Source of the DNA: Candidatus Marinacidobacterales bacterium
GTDB taxonomy: Bacteria; Acidobacteriota; Vicinamibacteria; Marinacidobacterales; SMYC01
Direction of reading: 5' to 3'
Length of the DNA: 64,000 nucleotides
Assembly (NCBI GenBank): GCA_965237955.1
Contig: OZ250169.1
Coordinates: 8,000,001-8,064,000, forward strand
In this document: positions 40,247 through 50,446 of the stretch, one piece after another
How the letters are laid out: the number at the start of each line of letters is the position of its first letter
How positions within the stretch are numbered: the first letter of the stretch is position 1
Notes under the pieces: model-generated
Databases searched by the model: none
The model's input: only the letters and a program-made list of their open reading frames with translations
Told to the model about the DNA's origin: nothing
Program-made: the position numbers and the translations under genes

Positions 40247-41950
40247 GGGCCGCCGACAAAATAACTGTCTTGTTTTGAGCACACTCTTCCTGTTTCAGGT
40301 CGTGATCGCGATGTCGTCTGGCATCACGAGAGCCTGGCAAGCTCCCTAGAAACGGAACATTTGTAGATCTTCAGCAACCAGCGCGTGTTTGACAAACGGT
40401 CCTCATTTTAGGGAGGATTACGCCTATCAAGGAGCACTTCTCCTATTATGAGACCTACGAGCTATCAGTCTGAAGATCTCGACCGCCTGTTGAGGAAGCA
40501 CAAAATAGCTACCCTCGATGATTTGAAGGCAGTGTTGGGTACCGATGTGGACTCGACCGTCTTCCGAAAGCTCAATGAGTTGGCGTATCGGACAAGCTAC
40601 TCCCACCGTGGTAGCTACTACACGTTGGACGAGATCGCCCAGTTCGATCGAAAAGGTCTTTGGTCGTTGCGCTCAGTGTGGTTCTCGAAGTACGGGACGT
40701 TGCTTGCGACGGTAAAAGCGTTGGTCGCGGCCTGTGAGGCAGGCTACTACGTCGACGAGCTCGAGGACGTGGTGCAGGTTGACGTCAAGGCTCCTCTGTT
40801 GAAACTGGTCCGAGAGAAAAGATTGGCGCGCGAGCAGGTGTTCGGCCGATATCTGTATCTGGCCACCGATGTGAGCACGCGCAAGCAACAGCTCTCGGCC
40901 CGCCAGGTACATGAGGCGTCACCTTCCACGTTGGGCTGGGTCGGGGGAGTCCGCGTGCTCCCCGTGGAGTTGAAGGCTGCGATCGTTCTTTTCTACAGCC
41001 TGCTCGATGAAAAGCAGCGCCGTCTCTACGCGGGAGTCGAGGCCATGAAGCTCGGTCACGGTGGCGACCAACAGATTGCCGAACTGCTCGGGATGGATCC
41101 GAGCACGGTAGCCAGAGGTCGTAGGGAATTGCTAATGAGAGATGTTGAGCTCGACGGAGTTCGGCGAAAGGGTGGCGGACGGCGCGCCGTGCAAAAAAAA
41201 CGCCAGAAGTCATCGCCAAGATCGAAGAACTCATGAAGCACGACACCGCGGGCGATCCGATGACGGGAGTGAAATGGACGCGGCGGACCACCGACAAGAT
41301 TGCTTGCGAGCTAAGAAGCCTCGGTGTGAACGTCAGCAGCAAAACCGTCGGTCGACTGCTCAAACAGCTCGGCTTCTCGTTGCGGGTGAACCACAAGAAG
41401 CTGTGCGGTGCCACGTCCGAAGATCGCGATACCCAATTCGCGTGTATCGCCGAACTGCGCGAGCGTTTTGCCGCAGCTGGTCATCCCATCATCAGCGTAG
41501 ACACGAAGAAACGGGAGCTGGTGGGATTATTCAAAAACGGCGGGCAGGCCTGGAACCGCGAGCCGACTCTCGTCAAAGACCATGACTTCCGTTCCGAATC
41601 GAACGGCATCGCAATCCCCTACGGCGTCTACGATCTGCTCGCGAACCGCGGGACAGTGTTCATTGGTACCTCGTACAACACCCCGGACTTCGCCGTGAAT
41701 GCCATCGAGAAGTGGTGGCGAACGGAAGGACGGCGACGCTATCCTGCAGCCCGTGACCTCGCGATATTGGCAGACGCCGGGGGCAGCAATGGCTATCGGT
41801 GTCGGGGTTGGAAGCACGGGCTTCAAACGCGGATTTGCAATCGCCACGACATCGCTATCACCATAGCCCACTATCCGTCCGGTACATCCAAGTGGAATCC
41901 AGTGGAGCACCGTCTGTTCAGCGAGATCAGCAAGAACTGGGCGGGCAGGC
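40247..41950 (+). mobile_element. ISAzo13-family element, 3' end removed by IS21; ORFs 40448-41236 and ~41200-41950
   Basis: IR GGGCCGCCGACAAAATAA; LDEKQRRLYAG; A8 slippery site at 41193-41200. Confidence 0.9.
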
Positions 41951-42364
41951 TGCGTATTCCAGCCATCGTGAACGCCGAATCCAGAGCAAGCTGAACAGCG
42001 AATCCGGTGAAGCCGAACGCTCATCGAAGCGATGAAGTGTTGGGTGACCTCCTTCCCACTGATTGAAAACGTGAACCTATCTTACCTGCGTGTTGTGTAG
42101 CAAGGGGCGGCAGGTCGGTGCCGGAGGGAGCGGGCGTAAGGAAAGACGCGAAGCGACCTTCCCGCTCCCGTAGGCAGCGACCTGCCGCGGCCGAACCCCG
42201 GGCGATGTGGGGCTGGTTTCGGGGGGTTGCTGGGGTATGGCCTGGCTCGAGAAGACGCTTCCTGAGGCATTCTCGCGCGTCGTTTTGGCACCGCATCGTC
42301 TGGTACCCCGGGTTTGGCGGTTTCACCCGTTTTTATCGCATCGACGCTGTGGTCCCTCGCTCGC

Positions 42365-43123
42365 TCATGCATCGGCGTTGTCAAATGCCTTTGGCGCAGC
42401 CTTGGTCTTTCTCAGAGAAGCTCCTTTGAGAGTGATGCGGTGCGCGCTGTGGAGAATGCGATCGCAGATAGCGTCTGCCTGGTTTGGGTCGCCAATCGCT
42501 TCGTGCCACTGCTTGAGCGGAATCTGGGTCGCGATGAGTGTGGAGCCACGCTCGGCGCGGTCTTCGATGACCTCCATTAGATCCCGTCTCTCCGATTCTT
42601 TCAGCGGGTGAAGCAGCCAATCATCGATAGCCAGTAAGTCCAGCTTGGCGAGTTTCGTCAAAAGCCGGGCGTAGGAACCATCACCACGAGCGACCGCGAG
42701 CTCGTGGAGCAAGCGCGGTGCTCGCACGTAGCATCCGGTGAAGCCGCGACGACAGGCCCGCTCCACGAAGGCGCAAGCCAAGAACGATTTGCCAATCCCC
42801 GTCGGGCCGGTGATGAGCAGGTTATGGCGCTCACCGACAAAGCGGCAGTTGCCCAGGCTCAAGATCTGTTCGCGGTTTAAGCCTCGAGGCGCTTGGAAGT
42901 TCACGTTCTCCAAACATGCCGGATAGCGGAGCTTTGCCGCTCGCAGTCGTCGAGAAAGCTTACGCTGTTCGCGGGCGGTCCACTCGGCATCGACCAGGAG
43001 TCCCACACGTTCCTCGAAGCTCAGCTCCTTGTATTCGCTCGAGCTCAACTGGGTTTCGAACGCGGACACCAAGCCGAACAACTTCATGGCGTTCATCTTT
43101 TCTATCGTTTCGGGTGTCAGCAT
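42365..43123 (-). CDS. istB: IS21 helper ATPase
   Basis: Walker A GPTGIGKS, LLAIDDW, ADAICDRI; ATG overlaps the istA stop. Confidence 0.95.
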   Translation of the reverse strand: MLTPETIEKMNAMKLFGLVSAFETQLSSSEYKELSFEERVGLLVDAEWTAREQRKLSRRLRAAKLRYPACLENVNFQAPRGLNREQILSLGNCRFVGERHNLLITGPTGIGKSFLACAFVERACRRGFTGCYVRAPRLLHELAVARGDGSYARLLTKLAKLDLLAIDDWLLHPLKESERRDLMEVIEDRAERGSTLIATQIPLKQWHEAIGDPNQADAICDRILHSAHRITLKGASLRKTKAAPKAFDNADA

Positions 43124-44673
43124 CGGGACTCTCCTCCTTCGTAGTGATCCGCGCCTCGGATGTTCTCGTGCTCCTCTCGCGGTTTCGCTTCGGCGTCCGA
43201 TTCGAGCACCACACGATCTAGACCAGCCGAGAGAATGTTTTTCACCGTGCGATAGCTGTAAGAGCTCAAAGCTTCCGCTCGTGCGCAAGCGGCCTCGAGA
43301 CGCTCACTGCCCCAGCGGCTGCCTAGTCGCATGACTCCCAGGCAAGAGCGAAATCCCTGCTCCGGGTGAGGCCGACTCTCTAGAATCCCCGCAACCAGCC
43401 TTCCCGTGGCGCGACCTGACTGCTCCGCCCAGTGGAGCAGCCGCGACGGCGTCCACTCCAGGTGCTCCCGATGCGAACGTGGCATATGCTCCGGGTTCGT
43501 GGAGTAGTGCCCCTTTCCTTTCTTGCGGGGATGCGACGCGACGCGCTTTCCCTTGAACAGGACCTCCACCACCGAGGCCGTCACCCGTGCCTCGACTTTC
43601 TCGTGAATGAGCTGATAGGGAACGCTGTACAAGTTGTTCTCCACCTCCACGTGGTAGTCGATGTTCACTCTGCACCGCTTCCACGTCGATAACTCGTAGC
43701 TCTCCTGCGGTAGCGGTTTCAGTACGGGCCGGTCTAGCCTTTCGTACAACTCCCGCCGACTCACACCGAGCTTCTGCATCGGACGCGCATTCAGGACCTC
43801 TAACTTCTCCCAGATGGCTTCGTTCAGTTCCGCCAGGCTGAAGAACGTGCGATGACGAAGCACCGCCAGGATCCAGCGCTGCGCCACCTGCACTGCCGAC
43901 TCCACCTTCGCTTTGTCTTTCGGCTTGAACACCCGAGCCGGGACCACAACCGCACCGTAATGCGTCGCCAGCTCTTCGTACGTCCGGTTGATCCCTGGCT
44001 CGTAACGGTCCACCAAATCCACGCCGCTCTTCAAGTTGTCCGGAACCCAGATCTCCGTACTGCCACCGAAGTAATCCGACATCCCCTTATGGGCCTTCGC
44101 CCACGATTCCAGCGACTGGTTCAGTGTCGCTTCGACGTAGGTGTAACTGCTCGCGCCCAACGTCCCGACGAACAGCTCCATTTCGACGAGCTCTCCCGTT
44201 TTCGGATCGACGATGTGAGGCTTCTTCCCCGAAAAATCGACGAATGTCTTCTCGCCTGCTCGATGCCGTTGACGCATCGTCGGGTTCAGCTTCTTCTTCC
44301 ACTGACCGTACAGCTCGCAATAACGGCTGTAGCCGTACGCTCCCGGCTTATTCTCCGCGTACTCCACCCACAGCTGCAGCAACGTCAGCTCTCGGTGACG
44401 CCTCAGCTCCTCGTGGATGTGGGCATAGTCCAGACCCGGCCGTGCGCCAGACGAGCCCGGCGGCGGAAACAGCCCTGCCTCCAGCTCCCCGTCGCTCAGC
44501 TCCTCCGGGAGCGGCCAGCTCAGACCACCCTTCTTCGCCTTGGCCAGGTACTCACTCACCGTTCCAACCGCCACGCGAAGTGCCTTTGCGATCATGCGGT
44601 GAGTAAAACCCAGCTCGTACTTTAACCTTAGAACCTCTCGTGTTTTTCTCATCGATAACCTCTTAGCTGCCAT
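43117..44673 (-). CDS. istA: IS21 transposase
   Basis: HRAGEKTFVDF, VPDNLKS, PKDKAKVE, YSVPY. Confidence 0.95.
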   Translation of the reverse strand: MAAKRLSMRKTREVLRLKYELGFTHRMIAKALRVAVGTVSEYLAKAKKGGLSWPLPEELSDGELEAGLFPPPGSSGARPGLDYAHIHEELRRHRELTLLQLWVEYAENKPGAYGYSRYCELYGQWKKKLNPTMRQRHRAGEKTFVDFSGKKPHIVDPKTGELVEMELFVGTLGASSYTYVEATLNQSLESWAKAHKGMSDYFGGSTEIWVPDNLKSGVDLVDRYEPGINRTYEELATHYGAVVVPARVFKPKDKAKVESAVQVAQRWILAVLRHRTFFSLAELNEAIWEKLEVLNARPMQKLGVSRRELYERLDRPVLKPLPQESYELSTWKRCRVNIDYHVEVENNLYSVPYQLIHEKVEARVTASVVEVLFKGKRVASHPRKKGKGHYSTNPEHMPRSHREHLEWTPSRLLHWAEQSGRATGRLVAGILESRPHPEQGFRSCLGVMRLGSRWGSERLEAACARAEALSSYSYRTVKNILSAGLDRVVLESDAEAKPREEHENIRGADHYEGGESRC

Positions 44674-44734
44674 TTCCTAGATCGTCCTCCTTCCGGGTAC
44701 GACCTAGAGTTGCCTTGAAACGTGCTATCGATGA

Positions 44735-44893
44735 GCGTTCGCGATGCCGGAACCGGCGTTCACGTTGCCTGGAATCCGTGTTCACCTTCCCCGGAATCGA
44801 TGTTCACGATCCCCGGAATCCGTGTTCACGATGCTTTGGAATGGATGTTCACCTTCGGCTGGAATCTGCGTTCACGATGCCCCGGAATACGCA
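44735..44893. repeat. Seven ~22-bp IS21 left-end repeats
   Basis: GYGTTCACG/C...GGAATC units in tandem. Confidence 0.85.
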
Positions 44894-45171
44894 CGCTTCC
44901 AGCCCATCAAAGAGAAGGTCAAAGGTATTTGGGAGCTTTTGAGAACCCGCAGCAGCGTCGAGCTCGAAGACGTTACCTTCGAAGGCAAGGCGACGTCCCG
45001 CAAAGTGAGCCTCGACGTGACCGTCGACGGCACCGAAGGTGCCGCCCTCGGCGTCATGAGCCAGGGCGAGCTTCATTCGCTCGCGCTCGCTTTGTTTCTC
45101 CCCAGAGCGACCCTTGAGGCGAGCCCGTTCCGATTCCTCGTCATCGACGACCCGGTTCAGTCCATGGACCC
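44894..45171 (+). pseudogene. Internal fragment of an ABC/SMC-like (AAA) ATPase
   Basis: MSQGELHSLALALFL...FLVIDDPVQSMD (signature and Walker B); bounded by IS21 and A ends. Confidence 0.8.
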
Positions 45172-45324
45172 CGTCCTGTGCCAAAACTCGGCCCTTTTGA
45201 AATAGACCACAAATCAGCAGCTTAGACGCCCTTGGATGATGGTGGCGCTCTACATAATATAGATGAACTCGACGATGGCCCGTCGCGCGGGTCTTAGAGT
45301 GCGTTTGTATTCTTGGACACGACG
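45172..45324. mobile_element. 153-bp hybrid mini-element (A right end + C end)
   Basis: CGTCCTGTGCCAAAA...TTCTTGGACACGACG. Confidence 0.65.
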
Positions 45325-45442
45325 CGCAGACCTACCCGCCAGGTCCGCCCGTTGCGGACGCATTCCGGGCCGACTTCGAAGCTGAGAAGGAAAGGCTTGC
45401 GCGAGAGCTCGGGCCCGCGCCGCCCACCTAGGGTGGCCGTCG

Positions 45443-46201
45443 CTACCGACGAATGATCTGCTGCTTCAGGAGCGCGTCGACGGCGACGACGAGATTCTCG
45501 AAAGGCTGCTCCGTACTCGGCGCGGGTTGCAGCCGTCCTTCGCGATCGATTAGGTAGTTGGCGGGGTATCGCGCCGTCGTCTGATAAATCTCGGGGACGT
45601 CCCCCTCGATCGTCAGAAGGGGGTAGCTCACCGACAGGACGTTTTCTTCGAAGTTGAGCTGCGTTTCGAGGTCCTCTGTGGAGAGGCCGAAGACCATGAA
45701 TCCCTGTTTCTTGCGTTCCTGATAGAGCTTGTCGAGACCCGGCATTTCCTTGCGGCACGGCGGACACCAGGTCGCCCAAACGTTTACGAGCACGACCTTT
45801 CCTCCATGCTCGTCGAGACGATGAGTGTTGCCGTGGATGTCCGCCGTCGAGAAAGGCGGCGCCTCGACGTCACTGAGCGCCAGATTCCGCGCCTGCGTAG
45901 CGCGCTCGACGACGCCTCGAATCGGAAGGAACACGAGACCGAGCGACAAAATGCCGAGCATCAGGCCCACCTTGCTCACGGTTGAGAAGGCTCCTTTGCG
46001 GTGGTCGGCGAGCGCGAGGACGAGAGTGATGATGCCCGGCAAGGCCATCGCGATCGCGACTATGGAGAGACGGAAGACGAAGTCGGCGTCCCTGTCGGCG
46101 CTCGCGCGCGTCAGGCTCCGATAGACGAACAGGCCAAGACCCGCTGCCGCAAAGGGCGACGCGACGCCGGCCCATAGAGTCCGAAAGTACAGCTTCGACA
46201 T
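45443..46201 (-). CDS. Membrane-anchored TlpA/ResA-like thiol-disulfide oxidoreductase
   Basis: Three N-terminal TM segments; VNVWATWCPPCRKEMP; YLIDREG. Confidence 0.9.
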   Translation of the reverse strand: MSKLYFRTLWAGVASPFAAAGLGLFVYRSLTRASADRDADFVFRLSIVAIAMALPGIITLVLALADHRKGAFSTVSKVGLMLGILSLGLVFLPIRGVVERATQARNLALSDVEAPPFSTADIHGNTHRLDEHGGKVVLVNVWATWCPPCRKEMPGLDKLYQERKKQGFMVFGLSTEDLETQLNFEENVLSVSYPLLTIEGDVPEIYQTTARYPANYLIDREGRLQPAPSTEQPFENLVVAVDALLKQQIIRR

Positions 46202-46442
46202 AACGAAGCCATTCTAGCGTGAGACGGTTCGGTAGCGTGCTAGGGTATTGTCAGGTGCTATCAAGTTGAGACGGCGACTGACACAATGAGCCGATGAACA
46301 GCCAGCCATCCCGCTACCACATTAATAAGGGGCAATGCCGTTCGCCGAATGATGGAGGCCAAAAGCGAGCGTGGCAGTAGCCGCGGGTTGGCTTTACAGG
46401 CGTGGCCTACCTTAAAGCGTTGCGACGAGGGCGCGTTGCTAG

Positions 46443-46478
46443 CCGGTCTTGAGTTCGTTTGTATTTTTGGACACGACG
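46443..46478 (-). mobile_element. Orphan type-C end
   Basis: rc CGTCGTGTCCAAAAATACAAACG; truncates the adjacent C copy. Confidence 0.8.
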
Positions 46479-46848
46479 GCGATGAGCCTTCGGTGCCAAG
46501 CCAGAAGGGTTTCCGGTGTGACGATACCGGCGACTTCTGCCAAGAGTTTCCGGCCAAGCGCCTTACCCTTTACCGCGAGCCGACGTCGCTCGTCGTCTGT
46601 GAGACGAAGCTTCCTCCCGCAGAGCCGAGCTTTGAGGATTTTGTTCTCCTCGAGCAAGTAGACGATAGCGGCCTGATGGTCACGCTGGAGCCAACCAGCG
46701 ATGGCGACGACCAACAAGGTCAAGGGCTGGACCGGCGTGCTCATGACCGAGGATTCTAGCTCCCATTGGCCAATCAAACGTAGATACGTCTATTCCGAAA
46801 CGTCCCGGCGGGCCGGTCTTGAGTTCGTTTGTGTTTCTGGACACGACG
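46479..46848 (-). mobile_element. Truncated type-C element (left end and ~88 codons)
   Basis: MSTPVQPLTLL...LLAWHRRLIA, homologous to 61427-62509. Confidence 0.85.
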
Positions 46849-46862
46849 CCCTACCGCGGTCC

Positions 46863-47294
46863 TCAGACTTGGAAGCTACCATGCTGGGCGCGACCCCGAA
46901 CTAACTTTCGAATGTGTCGCTTGTCGTAGTATCGTCCGATACCGATACCAGGACAGTGCTCTCGCGCCGTGTTCCACTGTGAACGAGTAGCGATTGGCGA
47001 GTCTTTGCCCGGCGTGAAGGGGAAGTTCCGGCACTGCGTCGGCCGCACGTCGTAGATCCCACAGCCCTTCGTTCTCGGATCCAGGAATACGCAGGTGCCC
47101 GAAGCCTCCGATAGAACGCGATGGTCGCCACGTTCCTCAATCGCCCACGCAACCCCAGCCGTCTGCAACCGACCCACATCGCGCTTGCTCAAAAAGACGC
47201 CCTCGACGTCACCCTTGCCGAACATTGACTGTGAGCAGCAGTGACCGCAGTCTGGTTGGCACTCGAATCTCAAACCTTTCTTAATCCATCTCAT
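46863..47294 (-). CDS. YkgJ / CxxCxxCC cysteine-cluster protein
   Basis: FECQPDCGHCC...CVFL...CGIYDVRPTQCRNFPF...CPGIG. Confidence 0.85.
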   Translation of the reverse strand: MRWIKKGLRFECQPDCGHCCSQSMFGKGDVEGVFLSKRDVGRLQTAGVAWAIEERGDHRVLSEASGTCVFLDPRTKGCGIYDVRPTQCRNFPFTPGKDSPIATRSQWNTAREHCPGIGIGRYYDKRHIRKLVRGRAQHGSFQV

Positions 47295-47381
47295 TCCATG
47301 TACCGCGCAGTCGCCGCTCGGAGCTCCCGACTTGGACCCCTCATTCGTCCTCTTGCGCTCCGACTGGCATGAACAGCATCC

Positions 47382-47480
47382 AAATAACGAACCGGGGAGT
47401 TGCGGCCGGGGGCCGGGCAAAAGAGACAGACTACAGCTAATGCAGTGCGCCCGGCCGTCAGCTTCAATGGCGCGTTAGAA
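47382..47480 (-). other. Integron attC site, partly degenerate
   Basis: Minus strand: TTCTAAC-gcgcc-ATTGAAGC-tgaCGGCCGGG...CCCGGCCG...GTTATTT; R'' overlaps the gene's TAA. Confidence 0.7.
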
Positions 47481-47786
47481 TGCCCCCTGCCACATGCCGT
47501 CGTCATATGACTCCATCGTGGTTTTTAGCCGCTCATAGAGATGGTCGAGTTCCTTTTGGAGCTTCTTGTCATCCGTGTGATTTGCTTCCGCCGCGATGTA
47601 GCCAATTATCTCATCCAGATCATCCAGAGTCAGCTTAACGATGAGTTTCTTACCTTTGACCACCGCCATCCGTAGAGGGCCAGTGACCTCGGGCCCACCC
47701 ATCGCATGCTCCAGTATGAGACTCCTTTGCCGTGGTGTAATGGCGACTTCAATGGGTTGGCCGTATTCGATCTTCTGTCGGTTCAT
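47475..47786 (-). CDS. Hypothetical gene-cassette protein (103 aa)
   Basis: Preceded by GTTAGAA (47809-47815) and ending in the complementary TTCTAAC. Confidence 0.7.
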   Translation of the reverse strand: MNRQKIEYGQPIEVAITPRQRSLILEHAMGGPEVTGPLRMAVVKGKKLIVKLTLDDLDEIIGYIAAEANHTDDKKLQKELDHLYERLKTTMESYDDGMWQGAF

Positions 47787-47808
47787 GATTTGCTGAGACT
47801 TCGGGTCG

Positions 47809-47850
47809 TTCTAACGTTCTACCGCCTAAGTATTGTATCTGGCGCACGGG
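47809..47850 (-). other. 3' half of an upstream attC site
   Basis: ...GCGCCAGATACAATACTTAGGCGGTAGAAC-GTTAGAA; 5' half lost. Confidence 0.5.
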
Positions 47851-47901
47851 GAACCAGAAAGAGGTAGGCAGGTAACTCGCGTTACAGTGATTCCCATGGC
47901 G

Positions 47902-47950
47902 TGAACCGCCCCGGGTTTTCCAGGAGACTGTTTTAGTTGAGTCTCGCCAT
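47902..47950. mobile_element. IS3-family terminal IR remnant
   Basis: TGAACCGCCCCGGGTTTTCCAGGAGAC, IS51/IS3411-like end. Confidence 0.65.
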
Positions 47951-47954
47951 CTAT

Positions 47955-48027
47955 GTCGAATCCTAGAGGCGTTCTCAAAACTCGCGGAGACCAGCCGACG
48001 CGGCACTGGCTCTGCGATAGGCGACCC
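47955..48027. mobile_element. Piece of the type-C subterminal region
   Basis: Matches 61299-61371; cut by an A end. Confidence 0.8.
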
Positions 48028-48344
48028 CGTCCTGTGCCAAAACTCGGCCCTTTTGAAAAACCATGTCTGTAATTTAATGCACCGTAAAGTCTTAGTGTCA
48101 TTTTACCAACACTTAATGGCGGAAGCACCCATGAGGTCTGTGTGAGCGGCAGGGCTGCCCGATCGAACAACGGCTGCCTGACCAACAGTAGGAATTGCAC
48201 ATGGTACGTCATGATGGATCCGAAGATAACACCCTCGGGCCAGACGATTGTAAAGCCCACGGCCCTTGGCACCATCGCAAAACACAGACGCTAAGCTGCT
48301 GATTTATAGGCTATTTCAAGAGGGCCGAGTTTTGGCACAGGACG
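48028..48344. mobile_element. 317-bp non-autonomous segment with two type-A ends
   Basis: Inward-facing CGTCCTGTGCCAAAACTCGGCCC at both termini; 48137-48344 matches rc 7460-7665. Confidence 0.75.
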
Positions 48345-48562
48345 GGGTCGGCAAGGGCATGAAGAAGGGCGAACGGCTTGACCCGTTGGTCACCCGCGGC
48401 CCGGAATGGTTCGAGATTATCGACGCAACAGTGCAGCAAATTCGCGAGGCTCTTGAGAATCGGGACGATGGCACTGAATGACGTGGTCTGGAAGAACGAG
48501 CGGCAGCGGGTGAAGCCGTGGTCAGCGCGTGGCAAGGCGGCAGCTGCGAAGTGGAGCCTGTT

Positions 48563-48903
48563 GGTTTCCGGTGTGACGATACCGACGACTTCTGCCAAGA
48601 GTTTCCGGCCAAGCGCCTTACCCTTTACCGCGAGCCGATGTCGCTCGTCGTCCGTGAGGCGAAGCTTCCTCCCGCGAAGCCGAGCTTTGAGGACTCTGTT
48701 CTCCTCGAGCAAGTAGACGATAGCCGCCTGTTGGTCACGCTGGACCCAACCAGTGATGCCGACCACCAACCATGTCAAGGGCTGCATCGGCGTGCTCATG
48801 ACCGAGGATTCTAGCTTCCATTGGCAAACCAAGCCTAGACACCTCTCATCCGATACGGCCCGGCGCGCCGGTCTTGAGTTCGTTTGTGTTTTTGGACACG
48901 ACG
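48563..48903 (-). mobile_element. Truncated type-C element
   Basis: Left end plus MSTPMQPLTW...IVTPET; holds the MITE-empty CTAG at 48835. Confidence 0.85.
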
Positions 48904-48930
48904 GCCGTCAAACTCGCCTGTCTGCTGCCG

Positions 48931-50259
48931 CTACTTCTTCGCGGGCATCAGCTCTCTGAGCGCGATGACGGTAGCGATGACGCCGCTTCGGACCGCAGGC
49001 TCGGGCGCGATCTCGAAGAGTGGCGAATGGTGTGACGGCACCGGAGGCCCGCCTGCGGCTTCTCTTTCGAAACTCTCTTTGGGGGTGCCGCCAATCCCGA
49101 AGTAGGCGCTGGGGACGTAAGGCTCCATCGTCAAGAACGGAAAGTCCTCACCGCCCATCCCTTCTCGCTGATAGTCGGCGAAAGCGTCATCGCCGAGCTC
49201 CGAGCGCCAACGAGCCTCCAATCTCTTGACCAGAGTGGTGTCGTTCACGGTGACGGGCACACCTCCCTTCATCTCGACGCGGGGAAGCCGCTCGTCCGGA
49301 AGTCCCGCGGCCCGGCCGATGTTCACTGCGATCCGTTCGATACCCTCCAAGAGTTTCTGGCGGGTTTCCTGGGTGTCGGAGCGCACCGTGAGCTCGAGCA
49401 CGGCTTCCTCGCCGATCACGTTACGCTTATTGCCGGCTCGGAATACACCGACAGTTACGACGCCGGGCTCTCGCGGGCTCAGCTCTCTCGAAACCAGTTG
49501 CTGGAGTGCGACGACGATCTGCGCTCCAATGAGCACGGGGTCTTTTCCGCGGTGGGGACTCGCGCCATGGGCGCCGATGCCGGACACGATGATGTCCACG
49601 CTGTCGACACCCGAGTACGCCGCACTCTCGGCGACGTGGAGCTTTCCAGCTTCGATGTCGGCAGCCACATGAAAGGCGAGGGCGTAGTCCGGCTGGCCAA
49701 AGCGCTCCCACAGCCGATCCTGGTGCATCGCCTGAGCGCCCGAGATCTTCCACTCTTCCGCAGGCTGGCCGATGAGCATCAGCGTACCGGACCAGGAATC
49801 GAGCTCGGCGGCCATCCGTCGCGCCGTCCCCACGAGAGAGGTAATGTGCACGTCGTGCCCGCAAGCATGCATCACGGGAAATTCCTGTCCGTCGTCATTG
49901 ACCTGCGTGACGGTCGAGGCGTATGGAAGATCGGCGAGCTCCTTCACGGGAAGTCCGTCCATGTCGGCACGCATCATGACGAGGGGTCCGTCGCCATTCT
50001 CCATGATGGCCACCACGCCCGTTCTTCCGACACCCTCCGTAACCTCGAAACCCGCGTCGCGGAACTCCTTGGCGAGTCGCGCCGCGGTCTTGACCTCGAC
50101 GAACGACAGCTCGGGGTTCGCGTGAAAGTGCTTGAAGAGCGCGTCGAGGTGAGCATCGTAGTCCGCCTTGACCGCCGACTCGAGCTTGTCGTCGGCTCGC
50201 GATTCCACCGACAGTGTCACGAGAGTCGCAATGGCTACGCTTGTTGCTAGGAACTTCAT
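48931..50259 (-). CDS. M20D amidohydrolase (hippurate hydrolase-like) with signal peptide
   Basis: HANPELSF, RADMDGLP, MHACGHDVH, QPAEE, GGEDF, HHSP. Confidence 0.92.
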   Translation of the reverse strand: MKFLATSVAIATLVTLSVESRADDKLESAVKADYDAHLDALFKHFHANPELSFVEVKTAARLAKEFRDAGFEVTEGVGRTGVVAIMENGDGPLVMMRADMDGLPVKELADLPYASTVTQVNDDGQEFPVMHACGHDVHITSLVGTARRMAAELDSWSGTLMLIGQPAEEWKISGAQAMHQDRLWERFGQPDYALAFHVAADIEAGKLHVAESAAYSGVDSVDIIVSGIGAHGASPHRGKDPVLIGAQIVVALQQLVSRELSPREPGVVTVGVFRAGNKRNVIGEEAVLELTVRSDTQETRQKLLEGIERIAVNIGRAAGLPDERLPRVEMKGGVPVTVNDTTLVKRLEARWRSELGDDAFADYQREGMGGEDFPFLTMEPYVPSAYFGIGGTPKESFEREAAGGPPVPSHHSPLFEIAPEPAVRSGVIATVIALRELMPAKK

Positions 50260-50446
50260 CGTTTCCTCCGATAGCTATCGAGTTTCAGAATTCTATCAAG
50301 ATCAGCGGCCCGGTCAGGCGGTACGTCGTGCGTTCCGATCGGACGGCGCTCTCGAATCAAGGCCGGGGTGCCGCGAAACGTAAGCAGGCTTGCACGTTCT
50401 GGCCCAGATGCGCCTGGGCCTCCTCACAGACAGTACGAAGCACAGC

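Larger units (their letters stand above)
41951..44893 (-). mobile_element. IS21-family element, complete
   Basis: TGCGTATTCC termini, internal GTTCAC repeats, istA-istB; flanks unrelated, no TSD. Confidence 0.93.

Noticed and set aside
44735-44893. Tandem ~22-bp repeats as a CRISPR array
   Set aside because: No spacers and no cas genes; they are IS21 terminal repeats, also seen at 57369 and 701.
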